A stretch of 64,000 bases of DNA from Eledone cirrhosa (GCA_964016885.1 OZ024763.1:14942001-15006000); one strand, 5' to 3'; positions 31,235 to 45,587 are shown, counted from the first letter of the stretch. Notes: generated by a model not told the origin, from the letters alone. Numbers and translations are program-made.

Positions 31235-31898
31235 AAAGCATAAATGAACTAAATGATAAATTTGGAATACGAGGGATCAGACACAGTTTACTTGAGAGAA
31301 GACTACGTTGGTATGGTCACGTGATGCGCATGAAAGACGATAGCTGTATAAATAAGAGCAGGGCAATCAAAATAGATGGAAGCTACGGAGTAGGCAGACC
31401 CAGAAAAACCTGGAACGATTTGATAAATTCCGAACTTACACACTTACACCTCTCCAAGACAATGTGACTGGACCGAGATCTTTGGCGCTACGCAGTAATA
31501 CAAAAGACCCGCCTTGCCTCTTAACCAAAGTAGGCACCTCTTAACCAAAATACACCCCCACCCAATCCACACCACCCCTTTCGATGTAAAGTTATGTTGG
31601 TACCACAACATCCAGTCCTAAATAAATGAGATAATGAGATCGAGATCGTGTAGGTGTCACGACAAAAAAAGCACACAGTCCACGCTGTAATGTGGCTGTG
31701 TAGGTAACACGGTAAAAACCTCCCAGTCCACACAGTAAATGAGGTTGGTGTTAGGAAGGGCATCCAGCCGTAGAAAACCCGCCAGACAGTCTTATACGAG
31801 CAAGACAACCAATCTTGCCTAAAGTGGGAAAATTCCCATCCAAACCCATGCTAGTGTGGAAGATGGACGTTAAACAATGATGATGATGATGATGATGA
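31235..31898 (+). mobile_element. RTE-related retroposon 3' fragment (second family)
   Basis: ERRLRWYGHVMRMK..GRPRKTW remnant followed by a long 3' region ending in (GAT)n. Similar fragments at 24165-24512, 40200-40710, 44957-45586 and 60461-60960. Confidence 0.8.
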
Positions 31899-31982
31899 TT
31901 CAGCGATAGATAGTATTAGCAATTGGAAAGACCAACGGAAACATTGTTTCCTCGGTCCAATTTGATGAAAATCGATCTCGTT

Positions 31983-32019
<37 letters not shown>

Positions 32020-32621
32020 AATAATGGAGCTGCGGCGTTGCAAATGGGTTACATATGAAAAAGTTTGTCCTTCATCAGTGGCCTTCCAACCGTCGTAGGC
32101 ATTTCGTCGCTTTAAAGGCCATATACCTCAGGTTGGTGCGAGCAACGGCTAAAAAAAGTTGTGTTATATATTAATATATATAGAAACTACGTCATATGAC
32201 AGCTGCAGCTTGGTAAAGTCTGTCTTTCCCATTTGGTGGCTGTTGCAATCCAGTTATGCCAAGTGTGGGAAGATGGATGGCCTATATTTGATTTGTTGAA
32301 TTTGGGGAGTGAGTATGATTTGGTTTGGCAAGGGTCATAAGTGCAAGTTGGCATTCAGTTTAGAGCATTTGTGGACTGATTAGAACAATAACAGCTTTAT
32401 TTATGTATATATAAGTATGTGTGTTTGCACACACATTAATAAAGTGTAAATCCCAGAAATAATAAAACACTGTTATCACTTGGGTAAACATATATATGAA
32501 AACAAATTGAATCTAGCACTTTCGCTTTTCATTATATATATATATATGCAGAGGTTATATTTAATTTATTGGGATTCAAAAAGTTTAAACATTTTTTATA
32601 ACTGATATAAAGCACTCAACA

Positions 32622-32659
<38 letters not shown>

Positions 32660-32664
<5 letters not shown>

Positions 32665-32970
32665 GTTTATACTTTTGGCACAAGGCCAGCAATTACTCCA
32701 GTGTATTACTAGCACTTTATTTTATCGACCCCGTAAGGATGAAAGGCAAAGTTAACCTCGGCGGGATTTGAACTCTGGCGGTGGATTGGCAGTATCGGTA
32801 GAGGGTCGGACGCCATGCTTTGACGCATAGAGTTACGGTCCTTGCCATTCTGAGTTCAAATCCCGCCGAGGTTAACTTTGCTTTTCATCCTTCCGAGCCT
32901 CGATAAAATAGAGTACCAGTAATGCACTGGGGTAATTACTGGCCTTGTGCCGAAAAGTAGAAACAATTAT
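32660..32970. mobile_element. SINE family A with adjacent inverted partial copy
   Basis: 32661-32775 is the reverse complement of the 3' part of the full copy at 32777-32968. Flanked by (TA)n. Confidence 0.85.
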
Positions 32971-32994
32971 ATATATATATATATATAAAGACAG

Positions 32995-33571
32995 ATAGAT
33001 ATGTTTCTTTATTAGCCACAGGGGCACAAAAGAAGGGGACAAATACAAAGAGGGAAGTTTACATACAATAAAAACGTGTAAAATGTTATCACAAATGCAA
33101 TTTAAAAAATTAGTCGATTTTCCCCAATAGGGGGAGACAGTTTATATGGGTAACGCATACCCCCGAGAAAATATGCAACCCTCATCTCCAGGAGTTACGA
33201 AGAGATAGAGAGATATATTTCTTTATTAGCCACAGGGGCACAAAAGAAGGGGACAAATACAAAGGGGGAAGTTTACATACAATAAAAACGTGTAAAATGT
33301 TATCACAGATGGAATTTAAAAGTTAGTCGATTTTCCCCAATAGAGGGAGACAGTTTATATGGGTAACACATACCCCCGAAAAAAATGTGCAACCCTCATC
33401 TCCAGGAGTACGAAGAGCTTGTACTCCTTTCCTCTCCTCCTCCTTTTCCTCAATCTACAGGCTGATATAGAGAGAAGGCCCATTCACTCGGGCCATTCTC
33501 GCCACTTTCACCCACCTTTCATAAAACTTGCTGGGGTACAGCACCTCTCTCTCCATCCTGATTCTTCTTCC

Positions 33572-33572
<1 letters not shown>
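32995..33572 (-). mobile_element. L1/Tx1-like LINE 3' end with duplicated 3' UTR
   Basis: The minus strand encodes RRIRMEREVLYPSKFYERWVKVARM, then a UTR with AATAAA. About 200 bp of UTR is present twice. Flanked by (GATA)n. Confidence 0.55.
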
Positions 33573-33643
<71 letters not shown>

Positions 33644-34002
33644 CAGTTAGATATACACACATACATATGTAGAGATAAATATTTATACATATATATAATC
33701 CAAGCTGCAATATTTGGTAAGTAAGAAGTTGGTGATATTGGGAAGTGTTGGATTTCAAATGATGTTTCTTCTAGAATTCTCCAAAGACAGCCGAGATGGA
33801 GGCTAGGTGGGGTGGAAGGATAGGTTTTTGGGGGACTGCAGAATAATTGAGGGATGGGGGATGATAAATAAACATAACTTGCTGTCAAGAAGCAAAAGAA
33901 AAAAAAAAAAAATTGAATTTTCTTTTCCAGGATTGGTACCCCAGTCTCTTCCAAAATTACATATATAGCATGTGTGTGTCTGTGTGTGTGTGTGCGTGTG
34001 TG

Positions 34003-34042
<40 letters not shown>

Positions 34043-34390
34043 CGTGTTTGCGTCACTATATGTGATGTGTATCTATGTGCAGGGGAGGGGTTTGTATACA
34101 TATGTATGTATGGAAGGATATGTGTCTGTATATATATATATGTATGTATGGATATACGTGTGTCTGTATATATGGGTGTATGTCTATATGGATATTTGTG
34201 AGTGTGTATATGTGTGTGTATGGTTGTCACTATACATGTGCTGTAATGTGCATGTATGTGTAGGGAAGGGGTCTCTATACATATGTATGTATGGATATGT
34301 GTGTCTGTATATATATATATATACATATATATATATGTAGGAGGTGTAATATATATATATATGCAAACACACATCCATACATACATATAT

Positions 34391-34444
<54 letters not shown>

Positions 34445-34493
34445 ATATATGTATGTATGGATGTGTGTTTGCATATATATATATAAATATATA

Positions 34494-34914
34494 CTAGCAG
34501 AGGTGCCCGGCGTTGCTCGGGTATTAAATAGCAGTTGTGTATACCATTTATGTCAATACTTCAGTGCTGCTTCGAAAACTATACTTTTACAAAATCATCG
34601 GCTTTTTCCAAAAGGGGGTTCCTGCCCCAGGAGTCCCCTACTCAATATGTGCCAATTCTGTAGAACAAACGTAGCCCATGTGTCAAGTTTTGTGAAAATC
34701 GGTTGCGAACTCCAGAAGTTATGACGTTTTGTTGCATTGCACTGCAGTTCTTCAGTCGACTCCAAGGAAGTGGTTAAAGGGGGTTATCTGCCGGGAGGCC
34801 CTATAATCAATATCTGGAAAAATGAAAGTTCCCATGACCATCCGGAGTACATAAGTAACCTATGTCTTAAGTTTGGTGAAAATACTGTAGAAATGCATAA
34901 GGTTTATACATACA

Positions 34915-34977
<63 letters not shown>

Positions 34978-35519
34978 ATGTCCGTCGGGGCATACGTATG
35001 TACTGGCCTAAATCTTCACTATTTACTTTTACTATTTTAATAACCTCTGTCATTTTCGTTTTCAATTTTATTTACATCATTTTTAAACTCTGGGGCTGGA
35101 AATTATTCTGTTATTTTAAATAGAATATTAGTCTAACGACTCCATTTATAACATAAACTTGGTCTTGTCTTTGCATGAAATTGTTCTTCTCGCTCCACAT
35201 AACGGCGTATTATCCTCGTTCCGCTCATTGCCAGGGAACGTCTTCATGAACCAAAACATCGTCTTCCTGTTTTCCTTCGGTTGCAACGTTTCTCGAAATA
35301 TTTACTTCTGCGTTCACAGATTGCTCTCAGTTCAATTTGAATGGGAAATTCCTGTTTCATCGATTTTCTCCGTAACCATGGAAGCTTGTAGCTTGAAAGT
35401 CAACCCAACGCCTCCTCGGATCATTCAGCATAACTGTGTAAATTTTCGCTGCATTCCACCAAGCCGTTTCGACGTTTATCCTACATATACAACGTCCGAC
35501 CACTTCCAATTTATATAGT
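34494..35519 (-). mobile_element. Non-autonomous Helitron
   Basis: The minus-strand 3' end has a hairpin cccgagcaacgccggg followed 8 nt later by CTAG and then T. The 5' end reads ..tactatataaa, and there is an internal (GT)n. Confidence 0.72.
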
Positions 35520-35582
35520 ATATATATATGTGTGTCTGCATATAGATATATATATATATATATGGATGGATATGTGTGTCTG

Positions 35583-35619
<37 letters not shown>

Positions 35620-36142
35620 GGATGTGTGTCTGCATATATATATATATATATATGAATAAAATTAGTCCTTCATCAGTGATCTTCCAACCTTCATTGGTAT
35701 TTCTTTGCTTTAAAGACCATATACCTCTGGTTGGTGCGAGCAATAACTAGAGAAAGTTATTGGGACATGTAAAATAGGGTGAAGCGGGCGACACATGTAA
35801 ACAAACATAGATGGTATTGCAACGGAAAGAGAGGAAGAGAAGAGACAAGTCCGTGATAGCTATGAATTTAAGCTCGGTGAAATCATAGACGAGAGGTAAA
35901 GACCATCCGGCCTGGGCGAGATGTGAGAGAGAAAAGGATTTCACACAGGTCAAACGGGAGGAAGTGAGAGAGAAGGAGAGAGTGAGTGAGTGAGTGAAAG
36001 GGTGAGGAAGAGGCCAGCTGAGAGAGAGTGACTGGCTATATCTCTGGTTGGTGTGAGCAATAACTGGGACACGTAAATTAGGGTGAAGCGAGCGTATAGA
36101 TGGATATGTGTCTATATATATATTTATAGATGGATATGTTTG

Positions 36143-36187
<45 letters not shown>

Positions 36188-36274
36188 GGAAAGTTATATT
36201 TAAATTGTTGGGTTAACAACGAGTAAATATTTATAACTGATATAAAAGCACTCAACAAGTATTTGGAGTATATT

Positions 36275-36641
36275 TATGATATTAAATAAATGGAAACTAT
36301 ATTTATAAAACCATATTTATTTCGTTATATATATTTCAGGGATATCATATTAACAATATGTTATGCCATCTTCAGACAAAATACAATATAAACAGTCTTA
36401 TAAATAAATAGATACGACATACCTTTCAATCACCTTGCATTTGGGAGGTTGATTGAAATCAAATCAACCTCCCAAATGCAAGGTGATTGAAAGGTATGTC
36501 GTATCTATTTATTTATAAGACTGTTTATATTGTATTTTGTCTGAAGATGGCATAACATATTGTTAATATGATATCCCTGAAATATATATAACGAAATAAA
36601 TATGGTTTTATAAATATAGTTTCCATTTATTTAATATCATA
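36275..36641. repeat. Perfect palindrome, 180-bp arms with 7-nt loop
   Basis: 36275-36454 is the reverse complement of 36462-36641; no mismatch seen. Confidence 0.93.
36535..36596 (+). ncRNA. Hammerhead motif (mirror copy on minus strand at 36320-36381)
   Basis: TTTTGT-CTGAAGA-TGGCATAACATATTGTTAATATGATATCCCT-GAAA-TATATATA-ACGAAA. Stem I is retained with G-C and U-G pairs; the stem II base is mismatched. Confidence 0.58.
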
Positions 36642-36869
36642 TATATATATATATATATATATATTGGTAAACAGAATAGAAAATGCTGACAAATTGTTCA
36701 CAGTTGAAAAATGGTTTAATTAGGAATAAAAGAGTATTAGTGATTGTATGGGTTAGTATTCAGTTGTGGTTTTAAGTTTTTAAGTTTTTACTGGTTGCGC
36801 ATTTCTAAATGCTTTTCAAAAATAATTTTGAGATAGAGTGTCCGTGCTGTTTATGGATATGTGTGTGTA

Positions 36870-37500
36870 TCAGAGTACATGTGTGTGTGTGTGTGTGTCT
36901 GTATACATTACATGTGTGTGTGTGTGTCTATACATTACATGTGTGTGTGTGTTTGTACACATTACGTGTGTGTGTTTGTACACATTACATGTGTGTGTGT
37001 GTTTGTACACATTACGTGTGTGTGTGTGTTTGTACACATTACATGTGTGTGTATGTTTGTACACATTACATGTGTGTGTGTGTTTGTACACATTACATGT
37101 GTGTGTGTGTTTGTACACATTACGTGTGTGTGTTTGTACACATTACATGTGTGTGTGTGTGTGTGTTTGTACACATTACGTGTGTGTGTTTGTACACATT
37201 ACATGTGTGTGTGTGTGTGTGTCTGTACACATTACATGTGTGTGTTTGTACACATTACATGTGTGTGTTTGTGTTTGTTTGTACACATTACATGTGTGTG
37301 TGTGTGTTTGTTTGTACACATTACATGTGTGTGTGTGTGTGTGTCTGTACACATTACATGTGTGTGTTTGTACACATTACATGTGTGTGTTTGTGTTTGT
37401 TTGTACACATTACATGTGTGTGTGTGTGTTTGTTTGTACACATTACATGTGTGTGTGTGTGTTTGTTTGTACACATTACATGTGTGTGTGTGTGTGTGTG
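36870..37500. repeat. Variable-length minisatellite (gt)n-ttgtacacattacat
   Basis: More than 20 units with variable GT run length. Confidence 0.92.
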
Positions 37501-37616
37501 TTGGGTGATCTGCCAGAGTCAACTTTCACCAGAAATGAAGTGTTAAGGCAGAAACACAGACACAAACACACCACAGGTAGACATACTGACAGGTAGACAA
37601 GACACATTGACAGGTA

Positions 37617-37672
<56 letters not shown>

Positions 37673-37745
37673 AGTCAGACAAACACAAAAATAGACAGTA
37701 GGCAGAAACTAGGAAGGAGAAACAATGTCATTTCATTATATATAG

Positions 37746-37780
<35 letters not shown>

Positions 37781-37881
37781 ATATATATACACATATATAT
37801 ATATATACACACATATATATATATATATATACATATATACACACTCACATATGTGTATATATATATATATACATTCTAAAT

Positions 37882-37945
<64 letters not shown>

Positions 37946-38207
37946 GACAGATAGATAGATAGATAGATAGATACATACATAAATATATATATATATATAT
38001 AGGAACGAGTAGGACCCCGACGGCTGAGCTCAAGCCGTTTCGACGGCTAATTCTGGACTAAATTGATTTAGTCCAGAATTAGCCGTCGAAACGGCTTGAG
38101 CTCAGCTGTCGGGGTCCTACTCGTTCCTATTACCCACTCTACTACCCTAACTATTGAGTACTTTGGTGCGTTATGGTCCATCTGGTTCCTTACCACATTT
38201 CCTTCGT

Positions 38208-38242
<35 letters not shown>

Positions 38243-38611
38243 GTTATATATACATATATATGTCTTCATCAACATCATCCTCATCATTTATCATCATTTT
38301 TTCCTTGACCTTTTTAGGCTAGCTTAGTTTGGCTGAGAATATTTGAGGCAATGTTTTACACATGGATGCTCTTCCTGACATTACCCGCAGTTAATCACAT
38401 CTTACAATTTATAGCTTGCACTAAAAGTAAATAAGCTTTCAAGAAAAACAGTTTGTTTACAAAATCTATTTATAGAACTTTCAAATCCTTCACACCCCTG
38501 TATTTCGGTGAAAGTCAGCGTCGCTGATGATGGATGAAAATCGTGAAATACTCACATAGTGTTTTAACACTGACTGCCGAGGAGCTGTGATATGATCACA
38601 GCGAGACTACA

Positions 38612-39398
38612 TGTGTGTATAGTATATATAAACATTGTATATATGTCCATATACACCTTTATACATGTATGTATGTATGTATGTATAGTATACGTAAACA
38701 TTGTATATATGTCCATATACACCTTTATACATGTATGTATGTATGTATAGTATACGTAAACATTGTATATATGTCCATATACACCTTTATGTATGTATGT
38801 ATGTATACGTAAACATTGTATATATGTCCATATACACCTTTATGTATGTATGTATGTATACGTAAACATTGTATATATGTCCATATACACCTTTATACAT
38901 GTATGTATGTATGTATGTATAGTATACGTAAACATTGTATATATGTCCATATACACCTTTATACATGTATGTATGTATGTATAGTATACGTAAACATTGT
39001 ATATATGTCCATATACACCTTTATGTATGTATGTATGTATACGTAAACATTGTATATATGTCCATATACACCTTTATGTATGTATGTATGTATACGTAAA
39101 CATTGTATATATGTCCATATACACCTTTATACATGTATGTATGTATGTATGTATAGTATACGTAAACATTGTATATATGTCCATATACACCTTTATACAT
39201 GTATGTATGTATGTATAGTATACGTAAACATTGTATATATGTCCATATACACCTTTATGTATGTATGTATGTATACGTAAACATTGTATATATGTCCATA
39301 TACACCTTTATGTATGTATGTATGTATACGTAAACATTGTATATATGTCCATATACACCTTTATACATGTATGTATGTATGTATAGTATACGTAAACA
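38612..39398. repeat. Roughly 53-66-bp minisatellite with a 234-bp higher-order period
   Basis: Unit tatacgtaaacattgtatatatgtccatatacaccttta..(tatg)n. Identical ORF-track translations recur 234 bp apart. Confidence 0.92.
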
Positions 39399-39525
39399 TC
39401 TGGTACCGGGCCGCATAGAAAGAATAAATACATTCTATTGACTATTGTGGTCTAACAGATGTTTTATTTTAAAAAATGTCCACTTCTGTTTGTGCCTGAC
39501 AAGATCCCAGACCTCATTCGCTTAA

Positions 39526-40064
39526 CCCTTTAATGTTCAAACCGGCCAGAATTCTCTACCTTTTTCCGTTGAAACTGGCTGTAACTGGTCGCTCAAACTG
39601 ATGTTAAGGTATTGTTTTCAAAATAAATACTTTCAAAATCTCATAGATTTGATATTATGTGAGATATTATGTGAGGTAAAGCCTTTACCATGAAAATATA
39701 GAGTAATGTGAATGTAATGTGAGATAATTATGTGAGGTAAAGTCTTTACCATGAAAATATAGAGTAATGTAAATGTTATGTGAGATATTATGTGAGGTAA
39801 AGTCTTTACCATGAAAATATAATAGTATATATAGAGTAATGTGAATGTTATGTGAGATATTATGTGAGGTAAAGTCTTTACCATGAAAATATAATAGTAT
39901 ATATAGAGTAATGTAAATGTTATGTGAGATATTATGTGAGGTAAAGTCTTTACCATGAAAATATAATAGTAAATATAGAGTAATGTGAATGTTATGTGAG
40001 ATAATTATGTGAGGTAAAGTCTTTAATATAATAGTAAATATAGAGTAATGTGAATGCTAAAGGG
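39526..40064. mobile_element. piggyBac-like MITE with internal tandem array
   Basis: TTAA-cccttta...taaaggg-TTAA. Same family and same amplified internal unit as 10684-11264. Confidence 0.85.
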
Positions 40065-42365
40065 TTAATTGTATTTGTCCCAGTCGCAGTTTTGGTTCCA
40101 TGAACACAAACCAACCCTAGGAAAAATGAATAGAAAATACATCTTCCTCGATCTGTAGAGAAATGGAGAGATTGTCTTTTATAACACCAGTGTCAATGGC
40201 ACATATTCAGATTAGGAAGACCCAGCAAGACTTGGGACGAGGCGATAAAAGCTGACCTTGTGCAACTGAACCTCTCAAAGACAAATGACACAGGATTGAG
40301 ATCTTTGACGTTACACAGTAATACAGAAGACATGCCTTCTCATGCGCACCGACTAAAACATACACCTAGCAGGCGCCCCTTAATCGCTATGCCCCCCCAC
40401 TCACTCCTGTCCACACCACTCTTACACTGTGAACAAAATATATCCAGCACACAGTGTAAAGCTCCCAGCCCATACTGTAAAGTGGTCATGAAGGGTTCAC
40501 AACAAAAAGCATCTAGCCCACACTGTAAAGTGGTCCTGTAGGTGTAATGGTTAAAAACACCCAGCACACTCTGTAAATGTGGTTGGCATTAGAAAGGGCA
40601 TCCAGCTGTAGAAACCTAGCCAGTAAGGCACGGCAGCCTGACCTAACTTACCTCAAATCGGACGACATGTCTAACCAACCCATGCTAGCGTGGAAAATTG
40701 ACGATGATATATATATATATATCATGGCAAAAAGCACCCAGCCCACACTGTCAATGTGGTTGGCGTTAGGAAGGGCGTCCAACCAGAAACACCCCTATAT
40801 GAGTGAGACACGGTCACCTGACACAACTTGCCTAAAAATAGGACCCCTTTAACCCATGCAAGCATGGAAGATGGACATTAATCGATGATGATGATGATGA
40901 TATATATATATATCATCATTTCATTGTACGTCCGCTTTTTCCCTGCTTGATTTTGGCTTGATTTCTACAGCTGGATGCCCTTCCTAACACCAACCTCATT
41001 TACAGTGAGTGCTGGGTGCTTTTTTGCCGTGGCACCTCCACGACCACTTTGCAGTGGAATGATAGGGACCCCAGTCCCTATCATCTCATTTCTACAGCTG
41101 AGTAAACTGGAGCAATGTGAAATAAAGTGTCTTGCTCAAGGAAACAACACATCACCCGGTCTGAGAATTGAACTCACAACCTTTCGATTGCAAGGCCAAT
41201 GCTCTAACCACTAAGCCATGTGCCTCCATATATATATATAGCAAAGAAAGTGTGATAGGAAGCCAGAATGACCATAACGCACCAGAGTACTCAATACTTA
41301 GGGTAGTAGAGTGGGTAATAGGAAAAGAGTCAGGACCCCGACAGCTGAGCTCCAGCCGTTTCAACATCTGGGTTCAGATCTAGTTGCCGAAACAGATGGA
41401 GCTCTGCTGTCGGGGTCCTGACTATTTTCCTGTGTGCGTGTGTGTGTGTGTGTGAGTGTGAGTGTGAGTGTGAGTGTGTGTGTGAGTGTGTGTGTGAGTG
41501 TGAGTGTGAGTGTGTGTGTGAGAGTGTGTGTGTGAGTGTGAGTGTGTGTGTGAGTGTGAGTGTGAGTGTGTGTGTGTGAGTGTGAGAGTGTGTGTGAGAG
41601 TGTGTGTGAGAGTGTGTGTGTGAGTGTGAGAGTGTGTGTGAGAGTGTGTGTGTGAGTGTGAGTGTGTGTGTGTGTGTGTGAGTGTATGTGTGTGTGTGTG
41701 TGTGTGTGATGGGCTTCTGCAGTTTCTTTCTACACTAACTAACAATACCACAAGAGTGGGATGTTAGAATCGGCAGAGCAACAGACAACACGTGTTGCTG
41801 ATATCAGGTTATATTCCTCACCTTTAAAGTTTGAGTTCAAATCACACTGACGGAGAGTTGAGCTGCCATTTTTATTTTTATTTATTCATTCATTTATTTA
41901 TATTTTCTATCCCGACCGTCTTTCTGGAATCGATTAAACCCACAAGAAACCTACCGAGGTGAAATAGTTGAGAGGGAGTGGGGAGTTACTTTAATTATCT
42001 CTCTTCCTTCCCAACACTCACCCCATCCCCCACAAAATATGTGGCCCTGTGCCAAATGTAGAAAACATCCTCACCATTATTAATGATGATGATGATGATG
42101 GTTATAGTGATGATGATGATGATGATGGTGATGATGACTTATTATTATTATACTTTCTATCTCTCTCACTTTCTCTCATATAATGTGTGTGTATATATAT
42201 ATATGTGTGTGTGTGTATGTGTGTGTGTATGCGTGTGTGAGTGTGTGTATATATATATATATGTATGTATGTGTGTGTGTATGTATATATGTATATATGT
42301 ATGCATGTGTGTGAGTGTATATATGTATATATATATATATATATATGTATGCATGTGTGTGAGTG

Positions 42366-42400
<35 letters not shown>

Positions 42401-42477
42401 ATATATGTATATATGTATGTATATATATATATATGTGTGTGTGTGTATATATGTATGTATGCATGTGTGTGAGTGTG

Positions 42478-42508
<31 letters not shown>

Positions 42509-42919
42509 GTGTGTGTGTGTGTGTATATATGTATGTATGCATGTGTGAGTGTGTGTATATATATATATGTGTGTGTGTGTGTATATATATGTATATATGT
42601 ATGTATGCATGTGTGTGAGTGTGTGTATATATATATATGTGTGTGTGTGTATACTCTTTTACCTGTTCCAGCCATTCGTGTATGCATGTGGTTGTGTATG
42701 TATATGTATGTGTGTTTAAACAAGTGTATATGTAAATGGTATATACATGTGTGCACATGCATATGTGCGTGTGTGCATGTGTATACGCGCGTGGGAGTAT
42801 ATGTGTGTGTCTATATATGTGCATGTATGTGTGTGTGTCTATATATGTGCATGTAAACATATGAATGGATGTATTTATATGATTCTACATGTATGTGTGT
42901 GTATATATGTGTATGTACA

Positions 42920-42968
<49 letters not shown>

Positions 42969-43404
42969 ATGTGTACGTATACATATGTGGGTACATGAAT
43001 CTACACATATATATATATGTATACACATGCGTGTACGTACATGTACGTGTATATATAAATATAAATATATATATATATACATACATACATATGTGCAAGT
43101 ATACATGTATGTGTCTATATATATATATGTGTGTGTGTGTGCAAGTATAGATATGTATGTGCAAGTATAGATATGTATGTACATGTATGTTAATATGTAT
43201 ATATATATATATGTGTGCATGTATATGTATGTATGTACAGGAATACACACATGTATATATACACACATGTATATATACACACATGTATATATATACACAT
43301 GTGTGTATGTTGTAACCAACCATTGGCAATGTTCCTAGAAATGTTTAAAAAAATCAAGGAAGGAAGGATTTCCAGCAGATTGGTTGATGTGAGATTTACA
43401 GACT

Positions 43405-44950
43405 GGTGGTGAGGGTGGTATGGTGGTATGGGAAGTGGTGAGGGTGGTATGGTGGTATGGGAAGTGGTGAGGGTGGTATGGTGGTATGGGAGGTGGTGAG
43501 GGTGGTATGGGAGGTGGTGAGGGTGGTATGGTGGTACGGGAGGTGGTGAGGGTGGTATGGTGGTATGGGAGGTGGTGAGGGTGGTATGGTGGTATGGGAG
43601 GTGGTGAGGGTGGTATGGTGGCATGGTGGTGGTGAGGGTGGTATGGTGGCATGGTGGTGGTATGGGAGGTGGTGAGGGTGGTATGGTGGTATGGGAGGTG
43701 GTGAGGGTGGTATGGTGGTATGGGAGGTGGTGAGGGTGGTATGGTGGTATGGGAGGTGGTGAGGGTGGTATGGTGGTATGGGAGGTGGTGAGGGTGGTAT
43801 GGTGGTATGGGAGGTGGTGAGGGTGGTATGGTGGCATGGTGGTGGTATGGGAGGTGGTGAGGGTGGTATGGTGGTATGGGAGGTGGTGAGGGTGGTATGG
43901 TGGCATGGTGGTGGTATGGGAGGTGGTGAGGGTGGTATAGTGGTATGGGAGGTGGTGAAGGTGGTATAGTGGTGGTATAGTGGTGGTATGGGAGGTAGTG
44001 AGGGTGGTATAGTGGTGGTATAGTGGTATGGGAGGTGGTGAGGGTGGTATAGTGGTGGTATAGTGGTATGGGAGGTGGTGAGAGTGGTATAGTGGTATGG
44101 GAGGTGGTGAGAGTGGTATAGTGGTGGTATGGGAGGTGGTGAGGGTGGTATAATGGTGGTATGGGAGGTGGTCAGTGTGGTATAGTGGTATGGGAGATGG
44201 TGAGGGTGGTATGGTGGTATGGGAGGTGGTGAGGGTGGTATGGTGGTATGGGAGGTGGTGAGGGTGGTATAGTGGTGGTTTGGGAGGTGGTCAGTGTGGT
44301 ATAGTGGTATGGGAGATGGTGAGGGTGGTATGGTGGTATGGGAGGTGGTGAGGGTGGTATGGTGGTGGTATAGTGGTATGGGAGGTGGTGAGGGTGGTAT
44401 AGTGGTATGGGAGGTGGTATGGGAGGTGGTGAGGGTGGTATGGTGGTATGGGAGGTGGTGAGGGTGGTATGGTGGTGGTATAGTGGTATGGGAGGTGGTG
44501 AGGGTGGTATAGTGGTATGTTGGTGGTATGGGAGGTGGTGAGGGTGGTATGGTGGTGGTATGGGAGGTGGTGAGGGTGGTACGGTGGTATGGGAGGTGGT
44601 GAGGGTGGTATGGTGGTATGGGAGGCGGTGAGGGTGGTATGGGAGGTGGTGAGGGTGGTATAATGGTGGTTTGGGAGGTGGTCAGTGTGGTATAGTGGTA
44701 TGGGAGGTGGTGAGGGTGGTATGGTGGTATGGGAGGTGGTGAGGGTGGTATGGTGGTGGTATAGTGGTATGGGAGGTGGTGAGGGTGGTATAGTGGTATG
44801 GGAGGTGGTGAGAGTGGTATAGTGGTATGGGAGGTGGTGAGGGTGGTATAGCGGTGGTATGGTGGTATGGTAATGGTGAGGGTGGTATTGTGATGGTGAG
44901 GGTGGTATGGCAGTGGTGAGATCAGTATGGTGGTGGTGAGAATGGTATTG
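43405..44950. repeat. G-rich minisatellite (ggtggtatgggaggtggtgagggtggtat-type, about 26-29 bp)
   Basis: 1.5 kb with extreme G/T strand skew. Confidence 0.93.
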
Positions 44951-45555
44951 GGGTAGTGTGAGTAGATGTTGTTTACTCGAGAGAAGACTACGTTGGTATG
45001 GTCACGTGATGTGCATGAAAGACGACAGCTGTATAAAAAAGTGCAGGGCGATAAAAATAGACGGTAGCCACGGAGTAGGCAGACCCAGAAAAACACGGGA
45101 CAACTTGATAAATTCCGACCTCACACACTTACACCTCTCCAAGACAATGTCACTGGACCGAGATCTTTGGCGTTACACAGTAATACAGAAGACCCGCCTT
45201 ACCTAAGTACAAAGTGAAATCTAGTCAGTAGGCACCTCTAACAAAATACACCACCGTCCCACTACCCCCCCCTCCCCTTAAATGTGAAGTTATGTTGGTG
45301 CCACAACATCCAGTTCGAAACAAATGAGGTCGTGTAGGTGTCACAACAAAAAAAACACAACAGTCCACGCTGTAATGTGGCCGTGTAGGCAACATGGTAA
45401 AAACATCCCAGCCCCACACTGTAAACATGGTTGGTGTTAGGAAGGGCATCCAGCCGTAGAAAACCCGCCAGACAGCCCTATGCGAGCAAGACAACCACTC
45501 TTGCCTCAAGTGGGAAAACTCCCGTCCAAACCCATGCAAGCGTGGAAGATGGACG

Positions 45556-45586
<31 letters not shown>

Positions 45587-45587
45587 A

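Noticed and set aside
43396-45096. 566-aa Pro/His/Thr 'extensin-like' ORF
   Set aside because: Stop-free only because of G/T-skewed minisatellite composition. It begins in an antisense LINE fragment, and unit lengths are not multiples of three.
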